A DNA stretch of 64,000 bases, taken from IMG/VR virus record IMGVR_UViG_3300025759_000064, positions 1 to 64,000 of that record. One strand, written 5' to 3'. Below, in pieces: positions 57,223 to 64,000 of the stretch; position 1 is the first letter of the stretch, and every line of letters begins with the position of its first letter. Below the pieces are notes generated by a model, which made no database searches, was not told where the DNA came from, and saw only the letters and a list, made by a program, of their open reading frames with translations. The translations under genes were made by a program, and so were the position numbers. This stretch comes from a virus.

Positions 57223-57673
57223 GCGTAATGTTAAAACCTTGACCCTTAAACATATGAGACCCGAAGGGGTTTTTTTACCAAAAATATTTTTTTTATTCGA
57301 GCGCTGTATGCGACTATAAGAGCGTAATGCTATTGGCGTAATGCTATCTCTCCGGCTAAGGCAGCGTAATGCTTTGGCGTAATGGGGTACTGCAAGCCTG
57401 TTTCAGACATTACGCCTTGGCGTAATGCCCTGTTGTTGTGGCGTAATGCTTTGTAGTGGGCGTTACGCGGTTGCGTAACGCTTGTACATGTGCCTATGTA
57501 GCAAAGCACGTAAGTCGCGGCTTACAAACGCATCACTGCTCTATGCTTTTCGCCTCACACTTAGCGTGATTATAACGCCAGCCCTTGCACCGCTTTGGAT
57601 TCCCCACCCGTATGGTTGGTGCATTAACAGTGCATCTTCTTCATACTAGGGCGTATTGCTGTTGAGCGTAATG
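57223..57673. repeat. Cluster of GCGTAATG repeats in the divergent intergenic region
   Basis: Direct copies at 57223, 57322, 57336, 57364, 57377, 57420, 57441 and 57666; inverted copy at 57408; GCGTTACGC/GCGTAACGC palindrome at 57460-57481. Confidence 0.9.
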
Positions 57674-57731
57674 CTTGTGTGCTGCCTGTATTCTTACTCA
57701 TCTCATCTCTTTCAGTCTAACGTTTATCAGT

Positions 57732-57757
57732 CTTGACTATATAAACCGAGATTGAAA
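57732..57757 (+). promoter_or_regulatory. Early promoter copy 1 (TATA box TATATAAA)
   Basis: CTTGACTATATAAACCGAGATTGAAA, identical to 59141-59166, upstream of the first rightward gene. Confidence 0.8.
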
Positions 57758-57778
57758 GGGTAGGTGGAGGAATCTGAA

Positions 57779-58534
57779 ATGGTAAACGATTTGAAAAACG
57801 ATACCCAAATAACGATGATTGAGCGAATTGCTACGCTCTTGCAGTCACTTGTGACTGTAAGCAAAGCAAAAGGTCGAGGTAAGGTCGACATAGGTAGGTG
57901 GGATGTATCCAAAGGATACCCTGACCCTCTGTATGATGATGAAGCACCTAACACCACATTGACAGCCAAGCAAGCAAGCACTGTACTTGCACGCTTCTGT
58001 CAATCTGTGATTGATAGTGGTTGGAAACCTGCAAGCGAATTGACTGTTAGTCAACATGCACTTGCAGAGACACATACTCTTTCCACAGGAAAGAACAAAG
58101 GCAACGAAGTTCCTGTCTTTGCATACGGCCTGAACAAAGTCCGTGGAAATGCACGTACAGCAATTAGGAAAGCAAAGTTGGCAGCATCACTTGTGACTGC
58201 TCAGGAGAATGGTGGTGCATGGTTTGCTGTTGGTGTAACCAACAAAGATGGCACAGGTAAGGCGTTCCCAAGTGAGAAGAAAGCGAGAAATGCTTATGCA
58301 AACATGACCTATGGTAAGGATTGGTACGACCATCCTGACAAAGAGGCTAGGAAAGCGGAGGCATCAATCCACCGTGGCACATACATAGCCTTCGATGAGA
58401 ATACCATCATCACAAGTGACACAGTGTTCACGACTGATGAAGCCTTGATTGCTGCTGCTAAATCATTAGGCAGCAAAGCAAGCACAGCACGCGGTGCTAA
58501 GACATTCATGAAGAAGCACTTCGCTAAGGCCTGA
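57779..58534 (+). CDS. First early protein, basic and Ala-rich (~251 aa), unknown function
   Basis: GGAGG RBS at 57766-57770, own promoter, downstream hairpins. Confidence 0.75.
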   Translation: MVNDLKNDTQITMIERIATLLQSLVTVSKAKGRGKVDIGRWDVSKGYPDPLYDDEAPNTTLTAKQASTVLARFCQSVIDSGWKPASELTVSQHALAETHTLSTGKNKGNEVPVFAYGLNKVRGNARTAIRKAKLAASLVTAQENGGAWFAVGVTNKDGTGKAFPSEKKARNAYANMTYGKDWYDHPDKEARKAEASIHRGTYIAFDENTIITSDTVFTTDEALIAAAKSLGSKASTARGAKTFMKKHFAKA

Positions 58535-58644
58535 GTCTGAGACAGACTAGACGGACATACGCAAGCCCTCTGCGGGGATACTCGCAGGGGGTAGCCCTCA
58601 TACTCTTGGGGGTGCAGGTTTTTCATTCATCCCTGTACCCCCAC

Positions 58645-58676
58645 CCCCCCCGCCGCGAGGCAGGGGGTTTTTTTTT
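58645..58676 (+). terminator. GC-rich hairpin followed by T9
   Basis: ccccccc gcc gcga ggc aggggg ttttttttt. Confidence 0.7.
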
Positions 58677-59140
58677 GGCCTAGCCTCACGCATTACGCGG
58701 GCTTGGATTCTGATTCTCTTACGCTCGTCTACGCTATGCGTATCCTTCGCAGAATCCTCTCCAACCATACGGGTGGTAGTCACGCCCGTATCTTGAAAAA
58801 TAATCTCATCTTCTGCGAGAGCGAGACACACCCTGTTGACGCTATCTTAAACTCGCACCCTCATTTCGGTGTGTCCTCAGCACACCCGTTAATCTGCACA
58901 GTTTGTATGGATTCTGCTCATGTGCACATACGCACGTGAGGACAGAGCGGATTCACATAGAAAGAGGGTAATATTCCGACTTGTCTAATGTACTATCTAA
59001 ACATTATACAGTAATATATAGAAGAGAGACTACAAGAATAATACAATTGTCAATCATACAAATGAATAATCGGAAACCTCGGACAATTATCTTTAACACA
59101 CTAGCATATCTATGCTCGAAGTTGACATCAGTTTAGTAGC

Positions 59141-59166
59141 CTTGACTATATAAACCGAGATTGAAA
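59141..59166 (+). promoter_or_regulatory. Early promoter copy 2
   Basis: 26-bp identity to copy 1. The ATG at 59175 is ~20 nt past the TATA box, consistent with a leaderless mRNA. Confidence 0.8.
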
Positions 59167-59174
59167 CTAATGCC

Positions 59175-59408
59175 ATGAAAGAGTTGATTACCTCTGACTT
59201 TGCTTTGACAACGAATGACATCTTGAGTAGTGTGAGTATACACTGCTTGACTTGCTGTGTCCCAATACAAGTGGACATGGATGCTTTTCTTTACAGAGAG
59301 TGTGTGGATGGGGAGATGACTGAGAACTACAACATACAATGTGACTGTGATGCTGACGAACAACCTTGCCTTGTGCTACGCACTCATGTACTAGAGGTGG
59401 AAGAATGA
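59175..59408 (+). CDS. Small acidic Cys-rich early protein (77 aa)
   Basis: Follows promoter 2; CLTCC...CDC. Confidence 0.6.
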   Translation: MKELITSDFALTTNDILSSVSIHCLTCCVPIQVDMDAFLYRECVDGEMTENYNIQCDCDADEQPCLVLRTHVLEVEE

Positions 59409-59548
59409 GTTTAACTTACTGCCCTAACTGTGGTTTGAATCCAAATCACCATCAGCCCGACGAACAACAAATATGGGAGAGCGACTATGTGAAAGAACAT
59501 GGTCTGTGCCACTATTGCGTTAATGTAGGAACAGGTGATGATGAATGA
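59405..59548 (+). CDS. Small Zn-finger protein (47 aa)
   Basis: MSLTYCPNCG...LCHYC; ATGA overlap. Confidence 0.6.
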   Translation: MSLTYCPNCGLNPNHHQPDEQQIWESDYVKEHGLCHYCVNVGTGDDE

Positions 59549-59691
59549 GTAGTACACACACTAGTAATACTCTTGGCTACATGCGTGGGTACTTTAGATT
59601 GAAGAGAGAGAATGCTGAGTTACTCAAACAGGTTACACAACTACAAGTTTTATGTCGTACACTTGCAGATGAAATAGAAGGTGATTGTTAA
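59545..59691 (+). CDS. Small coiled-coil protein (48 aa; not in ORF track)
   Basis: GGTGA RBS; ATGA and TAATG overlaps on both sides. Confidence 0.55.
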   Translation: MSSTHTSNTLGYMRGYFRLKRENAELLKQVTQLQVLCRTLADEIEGDC

Positions 59692-60266
59692 TGGGTACAC
59701 GCTGTAACATACGTGTTGTTCAAGACACAGGTGATGAGTTGTGGTTCTATCGTCACAATGATGGTTACCCACAGGAAGTTATACCTAGCCTCACACCCTT
59801 GATGGAGAGATTGATAGACGGTACTGTTAGACCTAACGTGAGTCAGTTTTCAGGTTGGTTAATTGTATTAGGACATGAACAACGCACACCTTCATCACAC
59901 TATGGCGGTGGTAATGCTGAACTTGATTGGAAGGTAGGACACTACGAGCCTACCACATGTATGCATGGTGATATAGCATACCTATACACCATTGACCTAG
60001 ATTCAAAGTCAATACGTGTCACATGTGCGTTTGGTAATATGCCGGATGAGGATATAGATTACATTGAACGCACAAAGACAGAGATATGGCAGAAGTACAG
60101 GCAAGCGGGACTAACAGGCGATGACCTCCTAGATTCTAATTGGATACACTATGACACATATGAATGGTATCTAGGAGAATACGAAGTGGAGAGGTTTTTC
60201 TCATTGAAACAAGTAATCAACTTTATGCAAGATTGCGACATACCTGAGTTAGGTGATGATGAATGA
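59691..60266 (+). CDS. Hypothetical early protein (~191 aa)
   Basis: MGTRCNI...YRHNDGYP...HGDIAYLYTID, a pattern recalled from small phage early proteins. Confidence 0.7.
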   Translation: MGTRCNIRVVQDTGDELWFYRHNDGYPQEVIPSLTPLMERLIDGTVRPNVSQFSGWLIVLGHEQRTPSSHYGGGNAELDWKVGHYEPTTCMHGDIAYLYTIDLDSKSIRVTCAFGNMPDEDIDYIERTKTEIWQKYRQAGLTGDDLLDSNWIHYDTYEWYLGEYEVERFFSLKQVINFMQDCDIPELGDDE

Positions 60267-60574
60267 GTTACGAGTTTGTGATGATAACTTACGTTGTGCG
60301 TGATGGAGACAAGGAACACATAAACCACTACATAATGACGAAGAACAATGCAGAGAAGCACGATGTTGATTTGATACACATGATGTATTACTTGGATGGT
60401 TTTGATACAGATGAGGATGATGAGGTCAATGCAGAGCACATACTGTTACACATGTTAGAACATGAGGAAACACGTGGTTGGGTGACTACGGACTGGGGCA
60501 TGGTAAAGGTTGTTAGAAAAGAACCAATGAGCCGTGAGACTAAGGAACTGTTCAACAGTTACGGGGTGTACTGA
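60263..60574 (+). CDS. Hypothetical acidic early protein (103 aa)
   Basis: Coupled ORF with GGTGA RBS. Confidence 0.65.
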   Translation: MSYEFVMITYVVRDGDKEHINHYIMTKNNAEKHDVDLIHMMYYLDGFDTDEDDEVNAEHILLHMLEHEETRGWVTTDWGMVKVVRKEPMSRETKELFNSYGVY

Positions 60575-60639
60575 ATGAGTATACACAACGAGATAATGAT
60601 GTGGAGAAAACACATAGCAAAATGCAGAGAGCAAGATGC

Positions 60640-60661
60640 TGACTATATAAACCGAGATTGA
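60640..60661 (+). promoter_or_regulatory. Early promoter copy 3
   Basis: TGACTATATAAACCGAGATTGA (22-bp core) upstream of the ArdC-like gene. Confidence 0.8.
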
Positions 60662-60682
60662 TAAGATAAGGGAGAGATTAAG

Positions 60683-61630
60683 ATGGCTATGAATAAAGAA
60701 CAGAAAAGAGCATACGGTGAAATGAAACAGAAAGAGAATAGTGAGCGTTGGTTCGATAACCTTAGTGCTGCTATCATTGACAACAAGATACCATGGCGTA
60801 AACCATGGAGAGGAGGCACTGCAAGTATGCCGCGTAATTTAGTAAGTAAGAAAGCATATCGTGGTGGTAATGTGATACAATTATGGGTAGCAGGTATGAC
60901 TAATGGTTGGTCTGACTTACGATTTGCTACACGCAAACAGTTGTTAGCAAAGGGTTACTCAATAGAAGGATTGACTAATGACAACGCGGTAAACATACAG
61001 TTCTTCAAGCGTAGTAAGTTCACTGTTGAGAACGAAGATACAGGAGAGGAAGAGACACGCAGCAGATGGTTAGTACGTTGGTACTCTGTATTCTGTGTTG
61101 AACAGTGTGTAGATTACGTAGCACCTGAGACTGATGAAGAAGTGGTAGTAGTGCCTGAGTCTGAGATGATGGTTCACTTCCAAGAGTATATTGATTCACA
61201 AGATACACTAGACTTACACCGTAAAGGTGTACGTGCATACTACAACCTAAGTAAAGATGAGATTGTTATGCCTCCACATGAGTCATTCATATCACCTATT
61301 GGTGAAGTGATGACTGCATTCCATGAGGCTATTCATAGTACGGGTCATGTCAAGAGAGTTGAACGACCACTCAAGTCTAAGTTTGGTTCACCTGAGTATG
61401 CCTTTGAAGAATTGATTGCTGAAATGGGGCAGTTAATCGTGACACTCACACTAGGTGGTGAGTTCAAACCTGATTCAGTGGTTGAAGATAATGCTAACAG
61501 TCAGGCTTACCTTAAGTCATGGTTGGCTGCGTGTAAAGATAAAGATAAGGCTCTCAGTCAAGCGTTTAGCAGTGCTCAAAATGCGGCTGACTATATAATA
61601 AACAGTATACAAAAGGAGGAAGAAGAATGA
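60683..61630 (+). CDS. ardC: ArdC-like protein: ssDNA-binding N-domain (DUF1738) plus zincin-like MPTase domain (315 aa)
   Basis: PWRKPW...PRNLVSKKAYRGGN...FATRKQ; AYY...DEIVMP; HEAIHSTGH; YAFEELIAE; YLKSW. Confidence 0.9.
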   Translation: MAMNKEQKRAYGEMKQKENSERWFDNLSAAIIDNKIPWRKPWRGGTASMPRNLVSKKAYRGGNVIQLWVAGMTNGWSDLRFATRKQLLAKGYSIEGLTNDNAVNIQFFKRSKFTVENEDTGEEETRSRWLVRWYSVFCVEQCVDYVAPETDEEVVVVPESEMMVHFQEYIDSQDTLDLHRKGVRAYYNLSKDEIVMPPHESFISPIGEVMTAFHEAIHSTGHVKRVERPLKSKFGSPEYAFEELIAEMGQLIVTLTLGGEFKPDSVVEDNANSQAYLKSWLAACKDKDKALSQAFSSAQNAADYIINSIQKEEEE

Positions 61631-61977
61631 ATGATGAAACAATGAATGATGAAACAATGAATGTTGAAATATATGGGATGGGTGATGAACCACCTAGAGT
61701 GATTGATAAAGAACCTGAGTCAAAGATAGAAAACTTGAATGTGCATGATAATCCTATGGAAACAGCACAGCATATCATTAGAGCGATTGCTGATTATGAT
61801 GAGGACTTGTATGAATTAGTCATGTGCAAACCCGCATCATATCCTGATGAAGAGGATGACAAGTACCACGATGGTACTGCTGACTACGATAACGATGTGG
61901 ATTGGGCTGAGTTACACTCACTGATTGGGGCGTTACAATATATGTCAGAAAGATATTACAAGGAGGAAGAAGAATGA
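61627..61977 (+). CDS. Highly acidic early protein (116 aa)
   Basis: D/E-rich; GGAGG RBS; ATGA overlaps. Confidence 0.65.
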   Translation: MNDETMNDETMNVEIYGMGDEPPRVIDKEPESKIENLNVHDNPMETAQHIIRAIADYDEDLYELVMCKPASYPDEEDDKYHDGTADYDNDVDWAELHSLIGALQYMSERYYKEEEE

Positions 61978-64000
61978 TTGATACAACTAGATTTATACCG
62001 AGCAACGAAGATATGCACAAACTAATCAAAGCCTTTGCGTCAGTTCACGTAGAGAATGAGAAAGATGACATCGGGCCTAACAGACCTGACGCACCATTCT
62101 TTGAGAGAGTAGCACGCATGGATAGTATTGATGAAGAAGATTACATCGAGATGGCTGATAGATTCTATAAATACATTAACACACAACTACCAACTATTCA
62201 ACACATCGCTGGCTACCCACCTGAAACAGATTGGTCTCAAGCACTTATTGTATTGAAAGAGAAAGGTGAGAAGGCTAGGGCTGCTAGACTAGAACGTGAA
62301 AAGATACTTGCACAATTTGAAAGAGATAGAGGAGATATACGCCGTTTGTTTATGGATGCGGTGAAGAAGTTACAATGTGAATCAAGCATTAATGCTTTTA
62401 ATGTATCTTTTGTTAGAGTATTACCTGAAACAAACATGATTAGTTTTGCTACGCAGTTGGAGGAAATAGGTATGACATCAGCCGAGGCTCTAGCCGAAGT
62501 TGCTACATGGATGCGTAAGTATGCACAGATGATAGTCTCCAATAATCAGTCAAAAATAGTCCAAATTGAGGAATATGAAGAGGTTTGGTACAGCAGAAAC
62601 GACCCTCACCAACGTTATCCGCGTAAAAGTAAGAGGTTAGCATTGGATTGGGGTACACGTGACTCAGACCTGTATAGGACTCTAAAGAACAAGATACCCT
62701 TCCCCTCATTCAAATGGGATGGGGAGAAAATGTCAGTAGCACTTGATGTTATGGTGATTAATACTGCTGTTAAAATACTACAAGAAATGGGCTATTTTAC
62801 CCATGTAATAGAAGTTTTTGCATCAAAACTTGAAGCAAGTCAACCCACACCTACTAACAGTAGTGGTTATAGTGCCACCTTAAAATCAGATGCTATAATA
62901 CTCAAAGTTCCATTCGATGATACTAATTCAAGGGCTGTAATTAAAAATGTAAATGGTAGGAAATGGTTAGCAGACATCAAAGCATGGTCTGTTCCTCTAT
63001 CGGAAGCAAATGTGTTGATTAAAAAACTAGGTGAGAAAGATGTGTTTGGTGAACAATCAAGTCAGAAACAGAAACTACTCGCTGAGGTAAATAAGATAGA
63101 AGAAGTCAAAACATACCTCATGGGTAAGGCTGAGAGAATAGCAATCAGTGATGCTACCGCTTTACATGACGATGATTTAGTCAAGGACATGAAAGACAGA
63201 CTAGCAGCAATGTTTCCCGCAGGTCGCGAGTTATATCCTTTCCAATACGCTGGTGTTAGGTTTGCTGAGTTAGCAGATGGGAGATGTCTCATTGGTGATG
63301 ACATGGGTGTAGGTAAGACCATCCAAGCAATTGCATACTCAGCCTTACATCAGGAACATTGGCCTGTAATTGTGGTATGCCCTGCTAATCTAAAGTATAA
63401 TTGGGGCAGAGAAATTAGCACTTGGCTACCTAACTCAACTGTTCAAGTGGTAAAGAATGGGAAGGTGGATTTAGAAGGCTGTGACTTTACCGTTATCAAC
63501 TACGACTTAGCAACTAGACAGAAGGATAACTTAGATGCTTTAGGTGCTAATCTAATCATCTTCGATGAATCACATTACTTGAAGAATAGTAAAGCCAAGA
63601 GAACTATTGCTTGTGTATCCGTAGCAGAGAATGCTAACTCAGTTATATGTCTCAGTGGTACACCGATTACTAACAGACCAATTGAACTATTCACTACGCT
63701 TGAGATGATTAAACCTGCTGAATACAAGGGCAACTTCTTCCCTTATGCTAAAAGATATTGTAATGCTCATAACAATGGTTGGGGTTGGGACTTCAACGGT
63801 TCATCCAATGTTGAAGAGTTGCATGAGAAACTAAGAGATATTATGATACGCAGAATGAAGAACGATGTGCTTGAAGAGTTGCCTGATAAGATTAGACAGT
63901 TCATTCCAATAGTACCTAGTACAAAGTATCTAGCAGATTATAGAAGGCTTGCTAGACAATGGCTCAGTGAGTATGACTACTACAAGACAGCAGGTGGTAT
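61974..64000 (+). CDS. SNF2-family (SMARCAL1/HARP-like) helicase, truncated at the right edge (not in ORF track)
   Basis: Open from ATG 61974. LYPFQ, GDDMGVGKT, VVCPA, IFDESH, LSGTPITNRP, MIRRMK; upstream HARP-like segment KVPFD...IKNVNGRKW...KAWSVP. Confidence 0.9.
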   Translation, partial: MIDTTRFIPSNEDMHKLIKAFASVHVENEKDDIGPNRPDAPFFERVARMDSIDEEDYIEMADRFYKYINTQLPTIQHIAGYPPETDWSQALIVLKEKGEKARAARLEREKILAQFERDRGDIRRLFMDAVKKLQCESSINAFNVSFVRVLPETNMISFATQLEEIGMTSAEALAEVATWMRKYAQMIVSNNQSKIVQIEEYEEVWYSRNDPHQRYPRKSKRLALDWGTRDSDLYRTLKNKIPFPSFKWDGEKMSVALDVMVINTAVKILQEMGYFTHVIEVFASKLEASQPTPTNSSGYSATLKSDAIILKVPFDDTNSRAVIKNVNGRKWLADIKAWSVPLSEANVLIKKLGEKDVFGEQSSQKQKLLAEVNKIEEVKTYLMGKAERIAISDATALHDDDLVKDMKDRLAAMFPAGRELYPFQYAGVRFAELADGRCLIGDDMGVGKTIQAIAYSALHQEHWPVIVVCPANLKYNWGREISTWLPNSTVQVVKNGKVDLEGCDFTVINYDLATRQKDNLDALGANLIIFDESHYLKNSKAKRTIACVSVAENANSVICLSGTPITNRPIELFTTLEMIKPAEYKGNFFPYAKRYCNAHNNGWGWDFNGSSNVEELHEKLRDIMIRRMKNDVLEELPDKIRQFIPIVPSTKYLADYRRLARQWLSEYDYYKTAGG

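Noticed and set aside
57223-57673. Possible mini-CRISPR array
   Set aside because: Repeats are only 8 bp, irregularly spaced and in both orientations, with no constant-length spacers.
58535-58960. tRNA gene
   Set aside because: No cloverleaf or T-loop GTTC consensus found by eye; a tRNAscan run would settle it.
61627-61656. Tandem 15-bp duplication (MNDET x2)
   Set aside because: A simple slippage duplication with no evident function.

Overview
The window is about 64 kb of a tailed dsDNA virus (Caudoviricetes, HK97-type head, non-contractile tail) that most likely infects an archaeon. Archaeal signals include TATA-box promoters, GGTGA/GGAGG ribosome-binding sites and an archaeal-type AbrB protein. 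Gene order resembles haloviruses and the magroviruses of Marine Group II/Poseidoniales; this host call is my inference from recalled gene content, not a search. Positions 1-57,178 form one leftward late region. From right to left it holds a variable cluster of small genes, a membrane/small-GTPase module, TerS, internal proteins, TerL, a LAGLIDADG protein, portal, a ~1,800-aa protein ending in a degenerate DNA-ligase domain, prohead protease/scaffold, MCP, neck and tail genes with a -1 frameshifted chaperone, a very short tape measure, and a >5,000-aa LamG-headed protein. That last ORF runs off the left edge and is absent from the ORF track. A repeat-rich divergent non-coding region (57.2-57.75 kb) precedes rightward early genes driven by a repeated TATA promoter, including an ArdC-like protein and a HARP/SNF2 helicase that runs off the right edge. 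Two candidate undescribed systems stand out. (1) A shared leader, [A/P]F[D/E]xAWxxLK or PMxIAxQLLK, is fused to unrelated GNAT, ART-like, Zn-finger and HNH-like domains, which suggests capsid-targeted, protease-released effector cargo. (2) An operon encodes an Arf/Sar-like small GTPase with several membrane proteins, a possible membrane-remodelling or egress machine. All functional calls come from reading motifs by eye.
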